Part shown: positions 38,298-48,210 of the stretch, one piece after another
How the letters are laid out: each line of letters starts with the position of its first letter
Position numbering within the stretch: the stretch's first letter is position 1
Source: a virus
Reading direction: 5' to 3' (one strand)
DNA length: 64,000 nucleotides
IMG/VR virus record: IMGVR_UViG_3300024999_000083
Made by a program: the position numbers and the translations under genes
The notes under the pieces: model-generated
Told to the model about the DNA's origin: nothing
Databases searched by the model: none
What the model saw: the letters and a program-made list of their open reading frames with translations, nothing else

Positions 38298-39119
38298 TCA
38301 CCTAACATTAACTGGCAACCATATTTTCTCCTTAACCTCTAATCTTTCATTTTCCTTTTTCATCTCATTAATCCTATTATCGCATTCATCTTTCATTTCT
38401 TGTCTCATTACCCTTAATTCCAATACATGACTTTCTCTCAATTCACTAATTTCCTTAATTCTATCTTGTTTTAACTCAACTAATTGTCCTTCTAAAAACA
38501 CCGATCTATTCTCTGATTCTTTTAATTGAAGTTGCAAATATTTATTAGAGTCTTCCATCTCGCCGATAGAAAGTTCCAATTCATCTACAGACCCAATTCT
38601 TTTCTTCATCTCATCATTTTCTAACCTTAATGTCTCAATTAAATAATTTGAATTATTCTGTGCGGCCTCTAATTCAATATTCCTTTTGGATAAAGTCTCC
38701 GACTTATCTTCTGCTTCTTTTTTAGCTTTATCAGAATCTTTTTTGTTGTTTTCAGCAATATCAATTCTTTCTCTTAAAGAATCTAAGGTTGTTTTAAAAT
38801 CATTAGTCAATGTTTGAACTGTTTCTTGGTGGAATTTCTTTTGGTCTGCCCTATCCCGTGTAAGTTCCAAGAAACTTTGAACTATGCGTTCGGTGTGCTC
38901 TTTTACTTTTAAAACTTCTGGCACAATCAATTCAGATATTCCACCTGATTCTGCTTCTAGTTGATCTTTCTTTAGTCTAATTACATCAAGCAATAAGTCT
39001 TTTGATGTTAATCCTGTGCGGGTTTGAAGTGAGGCCCATTCATTTTTACCATCTTCATTATCTAATCTGATTGAAAGGGAGGATGGAGATGGTTTTCTTG
39101 ATTCTTCTGATTCATTCAT
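38298..39119 (-). CDS. coiled-coil protein
   Basis: Highly charged heptad-rich 273-aa ORF. Confidence 0.5.
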   Translation of the reverse strand: MNESEESRKPSPSSLSIRLDNEDGKNEWASLQTRTGLTSKDLLLDVIRLKKDQLEAESGGISELIVPEVLKVKEHTERIVQSFLELTRDRADQKKFHQETVQTLTNDFKTTLDSLRERIDIAENNKKDSDKAKKEAEDKSETLSKRNIELEAAQNNSNYLIETLRLENDEMKKRIGSVDELELSIGEMEDSNKYLQLQLKESENRSVFLEGQLVELKQDRIKEISELRESHVLELRVMRQEMKDECDNRINEMKKENERLEVKEKIWLPVNVR

Positions 39120-39139
39120 GTTTATTACCTCCTAAGATA

Positions 39140-39335
39140 ATGTATACATTTTAAGGTGCAATAATGCTAGGTATACACATGTATACACGTAAACTTTTGT
39201 ATACATTGATTATAGCATAAAATGGTAAGGTGAGCAAGATGTATAAAAATGTGTTGCAAAGTATGGGGTATGACTATATAATATCCATAAAGGTAAATAC
39301 CCCATACTTTATAGTGGGGTATAATATGAAGGAGG
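39140..39335. promoter_or_regulatory. iteron/operator region (parC-like) upstream of parM
   Basis: Four GTATACA copies at 39143-39215; 13-bp perfect IR AAGTATGGGGTAT / ATACCCCATACTT at 39261-39315; third GGGGTATAAT overlapping a -10. Confidence 0.5.
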
Positions 39336-39342
39336 AATATTT

Positions 39343-40194
39343 ATGGCAATTCAGATCATTCCAATCGACTGTGGACGCAACACTGTAAAGTTATTAAACA
39401 ATCAATCATTTAGATCTGTGGTTGGAGATTGGCATCATAGGGAAATATCTGATAATGAAGAATATGAAGTAATTATCAACGACAAAGAAAAACATTTTGT
39501 AGGACAATTGGCACTCGATGAGTCGTTTGCCCCAATCGAGATGAGTACAGCATCAAAGATTCATGAACAGACAAGAGTGCTTTTTTTAACTGGGGTCGGC
39601 CTATCCTTAGAGGAAGATGACAGTGATTTATATATTTGCACAGGTGTACCAGTTGATCAGTTCAATGCCACAACAAAATCTGCATTGGAAAATTTATTAT
39701 TTGGCAAATACGATATTCAAATTAATGGAGAACATAAAAAATTCTGTATAAACAATCTAAATATTATACCTGAATCTGTTGCCAGCTTTCAGTATGCATT
39801 ATCGAAAGATGAAAATTTATCAATTGGTAAGAAAAGAATAATTGACTTAGGAAGTTTAACTGTAAATTATAGTTCTATGAATGGGAGTAAATTTGTAACA
39901 AGGGATTCTGGAACACTGGCTTTCGGTTCCATTAAACTAAAAGGAAATCAAATTGATAATTCTCAATATGTTGGAAAAATTGTAGCTGAACTTAGTCAAA
40001 GATTCACAGACTATGAAATCTCTGATCGAGTTTTATTAACTGGTGGAGGAGCATTGCAATTTGGTGATTTATTTAAGAAATATTATCCTAATTGCTCAGT
40101 TTTAGATAATTGTGTCTATGCTAATGTAGAAGGTTATCACAGGATGGGTGTGAAAAAATGGGCAAAAGCACAGGCGAACTCACAGGTAGAGTAA
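39343..40194 (+). CDS. parM: actin-like plasmid segregation ATPase (ParM/StbA family)
   Basis: N-terminal phosphate-1 motif IDCGRNTVK (DxGxxxxK); about 280 aa; followed by a small basic gene. Confidence 0.65.
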   Translation: MAIQIIPIDCGRNTVKLLNNQSFRSVVGDWHHREISDNEEYEVIINDKEKHFVGQLALDESFAPIEMSTASKIHEQTRVLFLTGVGLSLEEDDSDLYICTGVPVDQFNATTKSALENLLFGKYDIQINGEHKKFCINNLNIIPESVASFQYALSKDENLSIGKKRIIDLGSLTVNYSSMNGSKFVTRDSGTLAFGSIKLKGNQIDNSQYVGKIVAELSQRFTDYEISDRVLLTGGGALQFGDLFKKYYPNCSVLDNCVYANVEGYHRMGVKKWAKAQANSQVE

Positions 40195-40409
40195 AAAGAA
40201 AAGGTGTTTATTTTAATTTAGACGATGAAGATGAATTATTACTTTATGAAAAGGCAAATGAGATTAGAAATTTTAGCAAATGGGTTAAGAAGCAATTGAT
40301 TAATGATGGGGTCGTAGTTAAAGAGGGAATAAAAGAGACTGTAGTAGAACATATTAAGGTTGAAAGAAGGAAGATAGAAAAGGATGAACTTGACGATATG
40401 ATGATTTGA
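40158..40409 (+). CDS. ParR-like small DNA-binding adaptor
   Basis: 83-aa ORF overlapping the parM 3' end. Confidence 0.35.
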   Translation: MGKSTGELTGRVKRKGVYFNLDDEDELLLYEKANEIRNFSKWVKKQLINDGVVVKEGIKETVVEHIKVERRKIEKDELDDMMI

Positions 40410-40724
40410 GACGCAACTGTAATGTTGTGTCTTCTTTTTTATTGTGGATAGTATGTAGGAATATAAGGGGTATTATATGGGGTAAAGGGATGATGTCGAG
40501 TAAGTATAGAGGAATGTTTGTGGTATACCACATATTTATTAGATTAATGAATAAATCACCTTAAATATCACAAATTAAATCAAATTTAAGCATACAAAAA
40601 TAATGTTTAGTATGATTTTGTGAGTCTGATTAATTAACTTCATTTGAGACCAAAGATTTGGGATAAATTAACTAACATAATGGACAATTATAGGTTGATA
40701 TACATTGATATAGACTTTTAAAGA

Positions 40725-40997
40725 ATGAGAAGAGGTGGTCTAGATTTGAACAGAATGTTAAGTAAATTGGAGGTGGATATTCTAATACATCTCTCAGAAA
40801 ATGAACTATTAGATCCAATGAATTCTAGAACCATTAAGAATATTTCTAAAGCAGTTGATATTAATTATTTCAGAACTAGAACCAATGTAAATCATTTATT
40901 TAAGTTAGGGTATATTTCTATGGGATTTCGAGAAAGGGCATCGAATACCTATTATTTAAGTAAAAAAGGAGTTGAAATGATTAATGAGAAAACCTGA
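40725..40997 (+). CDS. winged-helix transcriptional regulator-like protein
   Basis: 90 aa with HTH-like segment. Confidence 0.35.
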   Translation: MRRGGLDLNRMLSKLEVDILIHLSENELLDPMNSRTIKNISKAVDINYFRTRTNVNHLFKLGYISMGFRERASNTYYLSKKGVEMINEKT

Positions 40998-41223
40998 AAT
41001 TGGATTAAAACTAAAATCAGAAATCATTAAACCATCTACTCTAAAACGATGCACTAAATGTAAATCTTTAAATGTAGTGGGTTATGGAACGATTATAGGT
41101 CATGGGTGGATTAATCTAGGGGATATGAGTGTAGAGGATACTTGTTGTGCTGATGAATTTGAAGTTTATGATGGTGAGAATCTGAGTTATGAATGTAGGG
41201 ATTGTGATCATGAGTGGGAGTAA
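40984..41223 (+). CDS. zinc-ribbon protein
   Basis: CTKC...CRDCDH. Confidence 0.4.
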   Translation: MRKPEIGLKLKSEIIKPSTLKRCTKCKSLNVVGYGTIIGHGWINLGDMSVEDTCCADEFEVYDGENLSYECRDCDHEWE

Positions 41224-41235
41224 GGAGGAATTATT

Positions 41236-41538
41236 ATGAATAAATTATACACAATTTTGCAATCAAACAACCCTCTTTACAATAAAACCCAAAAGCGTCT
41301 AAAAACCATAGTTTTCAATTGTGAAATTTGTGAAACCAAATGTGCAACTTTTAATGAAAATTCAATTATTACAAAAGATTCTAGTAATGGATTTATTCAT
41401 GTTTTAAATTATTGTCCTAAATGTTTACAGAGATTCCCCATTCAATTTAATTTAAATGATAATAGTGTTTCTATAGCATGGCCTAGTTGGGATGGTAAGG
41501 ATGAAGATGGAATTTATCCGAGGAGAAGAGTTGATTAA
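41236..41538 (+). CDS. zinc-ribbon protein
   Basis: CEICETKC...CPKC. Confidence 0.4.
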   Translation: MNKLYTILQSNNPLYNKTQKRLKTIVFNCEICETKCATFNENSIITKDSSNGFIHVLNYCPKCLQRFPIQFNLNDNSVSIAWPSWDGKDEDGIYPRRRVD

Positions 41539-41567
41539 GGTACTTTAATTTAAGGAGGTATTATTAA

Positions 41568-41780
41568 ATGAGAATTAAATTATCAATAATGGTTAATAAA
41601 GGTCGTAGAATCCATGACATTATTAATCATTTGGAATTTGATAGTGTTGATGATTTTGCTGATTATAAAAGAAAATTTTATGAGGATTTAATGGTTAGAG
41701 GTTGGAGAAAGGTTTATATGAGTGCTAATCAATGTTATAAAGGCAATTTGGTTTTGACTCCTTATTTTATAAGGGAGTGA
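41568..41780 (+). CDS. hypothetical protein
   Basis: ORF with AAGGAGG RBS. Confidence 0.4.
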   Translation: MRIKLSIMVNKGRRIHDIINHLEFDSVDDFADYKRKFYEDLMVRGWRKVYMSANQCYKGNLVLTPYFIRE

Positions 41781-41783
41781 TTT

Positions 41784-42377
41784 ATGAGAAAAACAAAGGG
41801 AAAATTAATTCCCAAACCAAGCAAAAAACTATTATTTTCACTTTTATTATTAATCCTGTTGTCAATACCTCATCCTGTCTCAGCTAAAGGAGAATTGACT
41901 ACAGAGGAAGCAAAAAGTATTTTAAACATTGTCATTAATAAAACTTATATATTGCTTACTTCTTCTTCCTCTAATTATATCTATCCAGTAGATGGAATAA
42001 TTTCAAGTTTTTATGGCCCAAGAGAGTCTTCATTAGATGGATTTCACTATGGTTTAGACATTGCAGTAGTAGAAAATAGTCAAATTCATGCTTCAAATTT
42101 TGGCATAGTAGTTAAAGCAGAATTTAATGAAATGATTGGAAATGTAATCTATATCAATCATTCCGATGGAAAACAAACTGTGTATGCACATAATAATCAA
42201 TTATTAGTCAATGTTGGAGATAAAGTAAATCAAAATGATGTAATTGCTTTTTCTGGAAATACAGGATTACTGTCCAGAGGACCACATGTACATTTTGAAA
42301 TTCGTACTAATAATGGAACTAATTCATTAAATCCAATGAATTATTTACCTGCAAAACAAAATAAACCCCTCAAATGA
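41784..42377 (+). CDS. secreted M23 family metallopeptidase (peptidoglycan hydrolase; conjugation-associated lysin candidate)
   Basis: Signal peptide; HYGLDIA and GPHVHFEIR motifs. Confidence 0.75.
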   Translation: MRKTKGKLIPKPSKKLLFSLLLLILLSIPHPVSAKGELTTEEAKSILNIVINKTYILLTSSSSNYIYPVDGIISSFYGPRESSLDGFHYGLDIAVVENSQIHASNFGIVVKAEFNEMIGNVIYINHSDGKQTVYAHNNQLLVNVGDKVNQNDVIAFSGNTGLLSRGPHVHFEIRTNNGTNSLNPMNYLPAKQNKPLK

Positions 42378-42381
42378 GGGG
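42364..42381 (-). terminator. hairpin CCCCTCA..TGAGGGG with T-run on the minus strand
   Basis: On the minus strand the hairpin is followed by TTTATTTTGTTTT; on the plus strand it overlaps the M23 stop codon. Confidence 0.5.
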
Positions 42382-42401
42382 ATGAAATGGAGCATATGAT
42401 T

Positions 42402-42503
42402 AATTATTGAACTAATTTTCCTAATTGCTGTACTATATCAACTAATTCGTATGCTCCATATCCCATTAATCCTACTCCAATTACTGTTCCAAATATTAAA
42501 AAC
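42402..42503 (-). CDS. 33-aa hydrophobic peptide (type I toxin-like)
   Basis: GGAGTG RBS then ATG; MFLIFGTVIGVGLMGYGAYELVDIVQQLGKLVQ; convergent with the M23 gene. Confidence 0.3.
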
Positions 42504-42750
42504 ATAAATTTTCACTCCTTTAAATCATATTTTAATGACTATATTGTTACCAAACTATATGTCGAATATACATGAATTAATGTAAATTTTAAGACAAGAA
42601 CCCTATATTAACCCCCTATGTTAAGTATAGTACACTATAAATCCTACAGCCCTTTAATACCAATGGTCTTAGAATTGAAAATGTGGGGTCTTCTTATATA
42701 AGGAGGCAAGATTTGCCGACTGTTTTAAATTTCAAAGGAGGTTGTTTACA

Positions 42751-43002
42751 TTGAATGAATTTTTAAGTTGGTCAACAAAGATTTGTTTGGCTATGACTGC
42801 TCTTGGTGGAGGATTGGCTATGCTCATGATAGTATGGTCTGGGATTATGGATATAATTGGAAATGGGCAATGGAAGGCACAAGCCAAGGAATTAAAGGAA
42901 TCGGTAATTAGAGGATGTATTACTATAATCGTTGGGCCTTGGGTTATAAAAATTCTTTGGACTATACTCAAAGGAATTTTTCCAACACTTCCTACATTTT
43001 AA
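42751..43002 (+). CDS. VirB2/TrbC-like conjugative pilin
   Basis: GGAGG RBS, TTG start; two TM helices with Gly-rich ALGGGLAML segment. Confidence 0.5.
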   Translation: MNEFLSWSTKICLAMTALGGGLAMLMIVWSGIMDIIGNGQWKAQAKELKESVIRGCITIIVGPWVIKILWTILKGIFPTLPTF

Positions 43003-43031
43003 TTATTGCAATTCTAAAGGGGATGATCATA

Positions 43032-44066
43032 ATGTTTACAGTTGGAGAAGTTGGAGACGCAATTATTGATTTATTTATTAAACCACCATCTCCTGAAACT
43101 GTTGATAAAGTAAATGGGGCATTATTTGATGTCCCTACTCCAGAAACGATAGAGAGTGTCAATAATGCTTTATTTAATGCGCCTACACCACATGATATTT
43201 CTACGGTTAATGGGAGATTAGAACATTTTATTACTGATTCATTAGTACAAAACTTTGCACAATTATTTCTTCATACACCTAATGTACTATTAGAAAATCC
43301 AACAATATTAGTTTTACACTCATTCTTTTTAAAAATAATTATTGCTTTTTCATTCGCAGGAATAGTATATTTTGGAATTATGCAAGTCATGAACAAAGGT
43401 AGTAAATATCAGACAAATGAATATATTGTAAAAATAGCTCAATCGATGGTAATTATAAATATAGTAATTATAGCACTACCAACACTAATAGAAACAACAA
43501 ACAAATTAACTATAGCAATTCTTTCAATAGGTGGAACAGAAGCAGAGATGATAAAGGCTCTAACCCCTCAGTACGGTTTAGGCTTAATCATATTCACACT
43601 AATATTTGCTTTAATACTAATCAATCTAATATGGTATTACTTTATGAGAATGATTTCTATTATGTTTTTAGTTGCTACAGCACCCATATTCTTTTTTCTA
43701 TGGTTATTTCCTAAACATCAAAATATGAGACAAATATGGATTGATGAGCTATTGGATAACTTACAAGCACCTATTATTCATGCGATTATTATGGTCATTT
43801 GGTTAGGTTTTGAGTCATCTATTTCAAAATCAAGTCACGGAGGACTTTATCACATTATGCTTTGTATAGCAGCAGGTTCATTTATGATTCAAGCACCTAG
43901 TTATGTGCAACAATGGATTAGTTATGGACACCAAGCACCTACTCCTATTCAAATGTTCAAAGAAATTAAGTATGGATTAAGTCCTAGAAAACTTATCGGT
44001 TATGGAGGATTTGGAAGAATGGGAGGAAACATGTTTAGAGGAAGAGGAACTACAAGAAGGAGGTAA
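43032..44066 (+). CDS. polytopic membrane protein (VirB6/TrbL-like)
   Basis: Multiple TM helices; position after the pilin. Confidence 0.5.
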   Translation: MFTVGEVGDAIIDLFIKPPSPETVDKVNGALFDVPTPETIESVNNALFNAPTPHDISTVNGRLEHFITDSLVQNFAQLFLHTPNVLLENPTILVLHSFFLKIIIAFSFAGIVYFGIMQVMNKGSKYQTNEYIVKIAQSMVIINIVIIALPTLIETTNKLTIAILSIGGTEAEMIKALTPQYGLGLIIFTLIFALILINLIWYYFMRMISIMFLVATAPIFFFLWLFPKHQNMRQIWIDELLDNLQAPIIHAIIMVIWLGFESSISKSSHGGLYHIMLCIAAGSFMIQAPSYVQQWISYGHQAPTPIQMFKEIKYGLSPRKLIGYGGFGRMGGNMFRGRGTTRRR

Positions 44067-44070
44067 TTTA

Positions 44071-44418
44071 ATGTTTAATAATGAGATGTTTGAAACTAAT
44101 CAAATCATTGAAATGAAGGATGAAATATTCTATGGACTTACAGGCAAACAAACAATTTATTTAATATCTGGGATAGTTTTAAGTTTATCTATATTTAATA
44201 CTGCATTACCTATTATTGCAAAACTATTCATTCTACCAAATATCGGTATTCCTACTGCAATTCTAGTTAAAACTGATATTGATCAAGGAATAGTTTCTTT
44301 CTTCAAATTTAAGTGGAGAGGGGTGACAAAACAAAATGTTACAATACAATCTTTACCCAAAAGTAAATTATCTTTTAGTAACAAAAGAAGAACAAACACT
44401 ACTCCGATCCAAGTTTAA
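44071..44418 (+). CDS. small membrane protein (VirB3-like)
   Basis: AGGAGG RBS; two TM helices; overlaps the next ATPase gene in another frame. Confidence 0.4.
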   Translation: MFNNEMFETNQIIEMKDEIFYGLTGKQTIYLISGIVLSLSIFNTALPIIAKLFILPNIGIPTAILVKTDIDQGIVSFFKFKWRGVTKQNVTIQSLPKSKLSFSNKRRTNTTPIQV

Positions 44419-45841
44419 ATATCTATTAAATTCTCTAAATGAACCGTCTAGAATCATTTGTAGAACTGACTCAAATAAATTGAATAAAGACACACAAATC
44501 AATGAATCAATTTATCATTTAATAACTAATGCTGATATTTATGAGAATTTAAGTAATTCTGAAATAGATTATACTCAAAATAAATGTCCTACATCAAATA
44601 TTCAAGTAAAAGAACATCGAAAATATATTGCTATTACTGAAAACAATGAAAAATATTTTGCTAAATCAATCAAGGTTATCCAATTTCCACAAATGCTTTC
44701 TACTGGATTCATAAACAACTTAATGATTTCTGACACTGAAATTGCCCTTACAATCTTTCCATTGCCACAAGAAGAGGCTGTGAAGGCAGTAAAAAAGAGA
44801 ATTGATACTAATGAAGCAAATGTAAATTGGAAGGTCGTAAAGAACCCTAATCAAGAGTTTTATGTAGAAGATGAAATTGTACTAAAACTTCAAAAGACTA
44901 TGGTTGATCTTATGGGTAATGAAGAAAAACTTTGTATGGTTGGATTATATATCTTAATTAAAGGACAAACACTTAAACAATTGGAAACAAAAGCAAAACA
45001 AATATCAATGCTTTTGGATGGAATGCAAATTAGGTTTAAATTCGCTAATTATGAACATTTTAATTGTTTTAAGAATTTTAGAGCATATAAAGAAATTGAT
45101 TATGTAAATGAGTTAAAAGTATTTTTGACAAGTGTAATTAGTAATTTTTATCCATTTGTTAGATATGTATCAGGGGATGGAGTTATTATCGGATATGATT
45201 ATCAAAATTATCAATTGATTAAAATTAATTTTTCAGAACTCTTCAATCTGTCATGGTTTATTTTCGGAATTTCAGGAAGTGGAAAGTCATTTGCTGTAAA
45301 GAGCATTGTAAAGAAAATATCTAGTCATAAGAAGATTTATATTCTTGATATTACTGGTGAATATGCCAAACTAAAATCAAAGAATATTATCATAATATCT
45401 AAAGATTTTGAGAAATTTCTATTATACACTGATTTTAAAGATTGCATGATTATAATTGATGAAGCATGGGATATTTTAAAAACTGATAAAGTTATTAAAA
45501 GAGTAGTAGCAATAGCGAAAGGATATAGAAAGAGGGGAGTAGGTGTTTTAGTCTGCACTCAAAACATTGCTGATACAAGTAAAGAGGATATTGAATTAAT
45601 TATTAAAAACTGTGCTAATACTTTAATTCTTCATTTGACTTCACTAGAACTTCAACATATTAGCGAATACATGAATATACCTCATCATATTATTGATTAT
45701 CTTTCTAGGATTGAAAAAGGACAAGGGTGGATGACCATAGGAACAAAGCAATATGCTTTTAGACCAATATTTAGTGATGAAGATTACTTGTTATTCAATA
45801 CTAATTATGAGGAAATGAAAGGGGTTGGTTATAATGGGTGA
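44336..45841 (+). CDS. VirB4/TraC-like conjugative ATPase
   Basis: Walker A GISGSGKS; Walker B MIIIDEAWD. Confidence 0.6.
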   Translation: MLQYNLYPKVNYLLVTKEEQTLLRSKFKYLLNSLNEPSRIICRTDSNKLNKDTQINESIYHLITNADIYENLSNSEIDYTQNKCPTSNIQVKEHRKYIAITENNEKYFAKSIKVIQFPQMLSTGFINNLMISDTEIALTIFPLPQEEAVKAVKKRIDTNEANVNWKVVKNPNQEFYVEDEIVLKLQKTMVDLMGNEEKLCMVGLYILIKGQTLKQLETKAKQISMLLDGMQIRFKFANYEHFNCFKNFRAYKEIDYVNELKVFLTSVISNFYPFVRYVSGDGVIIGYDYQNYQLIKINFSELFNLSWFIFGISGSGKSFAVKSIVKKISSHKKIYILDITGEYAKLKSKNIIIISKDFEKFLLYTDFKDCMIIIDEAWDILKTDKVIKRVVAIAKGYRKRGVGVLVCTQNIADTSKEDIELIIKNCANTLILHLTSLELQHISEYMNIPHHIIDYLSRIEKGQGWMTIGTKQYAFRPIFSDEDYLLFNTNYEEMKGVGYNG

Positions 45842-47531
45842 GAAACTTAGCAAGATTAAAGATTTGGCAATTAAATCAGGTAAATATTCTGCTTTATATA
45901 GTGGAAAATTTATTTTAGGTGGATTAGGTTATGCTGTTCAAATTGCTTCAAACGGAATATTAGGAATGAGTATTCCAGATTATAAATTGCCTAATTTGAA
46001 GTTTGGTGATGATAAAACTTCATTAGGAGATAGAGTAGTTTTAACTCCTAGCAAATTTCTCCTTAAAGGAAATGGTATAGTGGTTGGTAAGGATTTTAAT
46101 ACAAAGAATGTAATTAGTTATCCAATAGATCATTTTGACGATCTTTGTAAACATTCTATTTATGTTGGTGCTCCTGGAAGTGGCAAATCAAATTTAGCAG
46201 AAAATGTAGCCATTCAAATATCTAAAATTAATAATTTACAAAACTTTAATACAGCAGGATTTTGTGTTATAGATGTTGCAGATGGGGCCTTGATTGATAA
46301 TGTTTTATTGTCTATTCCAGAAAATAGATTAGATGATGTAGTTTTATTAGACTTCTCTAATAAAGACTTTCTACCAGGAATTAATCTCTTAGAATTTGAT
46401 GAAAAAGTAGAGAAACAATTTCCACACTTTATTCATGCTGAAATAATCTCATTCTTTAAAAAGCGATTTGGTGAACAAATTGGTTTTGCAAGTGAGGATC
46501 TTTTATCAAACTCACTCAATGCTATTCTGAAGCAAACAGATTATCCAAAAACACTTTTAGGAATTATTAAAATGTTAACTGAGGTAGATTATAGAGAACA
46601 AATATTAAAATCATTAAGAAAAAACAAAAGAAATGCTTCTGTTGTTAGATATTGGGATAGATTTGAAGCACAATCACCATCTGTAAAAAGAGATATCGTC
46701 AAACCTCTGTTAAACAAGGTTGGCAATCTTACTAATAACGATTATTTAAAATCTATTATATGTCAAAACAAATCTACCATTGACTTTAGAACAATAATGG
46801 ATGAAGGCAAAATTCTATTGATTAAAGCTCCTAAAGTTGCAGTTGGTAAAGTTAATATAGAAATATTAATACCACTAATCCTTTCAAAATTTTGGATATC
46901 TGCATTATCAAGATTTGATATTACTGACAAAAACCAAAGAAGACCTTTTATGCTTTTTCTTGACGAGCCACAAATGTATTTGTCAAATGAAGCAGGAATT
47001 GAAGAAATGCTAACAGAATCAAGAAAATACCGACTATGCTCACATTTTTTCTTTCAGTCTCCAGAACAAACTCAACTTCAATCTGTCATTAGAATGATGT
47101 TAGAAGTGCATCCTCAGATTATATCATTTGCTATAGGTAGGGGTGGCGCACAGACGTTGTTTAAAGAATTTGAAACAGGTGATGAAGAAAAAGATATGTC
47201 CATAAGATATACAATTCTTAATCTACCTAAATATCATGCTTTGTGTAGATTCTTATATAAGAATGAAAAGAGTGTATCTATTATTAAATGTGATCCTCCC
47301 ACTAAACCTTTGCGAAAAAAAGTACCCGATATTATTACTGAAAATAGTCAAATGTATTTACGTTCTGTTGATGAAATTATGGAAGAAATTCTTGAATCAG
47401 ATTATATCCCAGAACCAGATTTTAGTTTAATAGAGGTGAACAATAATGAACAGCAAAGATTTAATGTTGAAGAAGTTGACTTTAGGAACAAAGTTTCAAG
47501 ATTTAACAAACCGAGATTTAGAGATAATTAG
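45825..47531 (+). CDS. type IV coupling protein (VirD4/TcpA/FtsK-like ATPase)
   Basis: Walker A GAPGSGKSN; Walker B MLFLDEPQ. Confidence 0.65.
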   Translation: MVIMGEKLSKIKDLAIKSGKYSALYSGKFILGGLGYAVQIASNGILGMSIPDYKLPNLKFGDDKTSLGDRVVLTPSKFLLKGNGIVVGKDFNTKNVISYPIDHFDDLCKHSIYVGAPGSGKSNLAENVAIQISKINNLQNFNTAGFCVIDVADGALIDNVLLSIPENRLDDVVLLDFSNKDFLPGINLLEFDEKVEKQFPHFIHAEIISFFKKRFGEQIGFASEDLLSNSLNAILKQTDYPKTLLGIIKMLTEVDYREQILKSLRKNKRNASVVRYWDRFEAQSPSVKRDIVKPLLNKVGNLTNNDYLKSIICQNKSTIDFRTIMDEGKILLIKAPKVAVGKVNIEILIPLILSKFWISALSRFDITDKNQRRPFMLFLDEPQMYLSNEAGIEEMLTESRKYRLCSHFFFQSPEQTQLQSVIRMMLEVHPQIISFAIGRGGAQTLFKEFETGDEEKDMSIRYTILNLPKYHALCRFLYKNEKSVSIIKCDPPTKPLRKKVPDIITENSQMYLRSVDEIMEEILESDYIPEPDFSLIEVNNNEQQRFNVEEVDFRNKVSRFNKPRFRDN

Positions 47532-48210
47532 AGTTGTTAGAGATTTACAAATTGTTTCAAGGAGCCAACTTCAAATTATGTTCTTTCCTACAAAGCAAAG
47601 TTTAACTATCTGTAATAGAAGATTAGCCAAAATAGAGAAATTAGGATTTATTAATAGAACTCCTATTACTTTGAACGGTGAATCTTTAATTACTGCTGGA
47701 AAATTACTTTGTCTAGCAGGAGGTACTTATATGTCTAAATTGCCATCTGATTACACTCATCAGTTATTGATGAATGAAATTTATGCTTTGTTATTTAGAG
47801 AGCAGAATTTGAATCGAATTATCATTAAACAATACAAACCTGAATTTGTTTATAAATTTAGGGACAAGGATGAAGGTAAGCAATATATTTTAAGGTCTGA
47901 TATTTTAACTGTATTAGAGAAAAATGGAATGGATACAACTCTATTATTTGAGATAGATGCAGGAACAGAAACAAAGAAACAATTAAGAGAAAAGATTAAT
48001 ATTTATGAAAAAGTATCTATGAAAGTAAAGGGATTTCCTCAACTGTTTTGGTTGGCAAATGACAAGGGATTCAGAAAATTAATTAGTTTGGACAAGACTG
48101 TTAATATAGCAAAAGTAGAAGAATTGAGAGAAAATTTTTATTTATGGACAAGGTATCCTGATATGAAAAGGACAAGATTAATTCCTGATATTGTTGTTTG
48201 GAAAATTTAG
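47446..48210 (+). CDS. replication-relaxation family protein
   Basis: N-terminal LTNRDLEIIRVVRDLQIVSRSQLQ winged-helix typical of the PF13814-like family; downstream of the coupling protein. Confidence 0.45.
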   Translation: MNSKDLMLKKLTLGTKFQDLTNRDLEIIRVVRDLQIVSRSQLQIMFFPTKQSLTICNRRLAKIEKLGFINRTPITLNGESLITAGKLLCLAGGTYMSKLPSDYTHQLLMNEIYALLFREQNLNRIIIKQYKPEFVYKFRDKDEGKQYILRSDILTVLEKNGMDTTLLFEIDAGTETKKQLREKINIYEKVSMKVKGFPQLFWLANDKGFRKLISLDKTVNIAKVEELRENFYLWTRYPDMKRTRLIPDIVVWKI

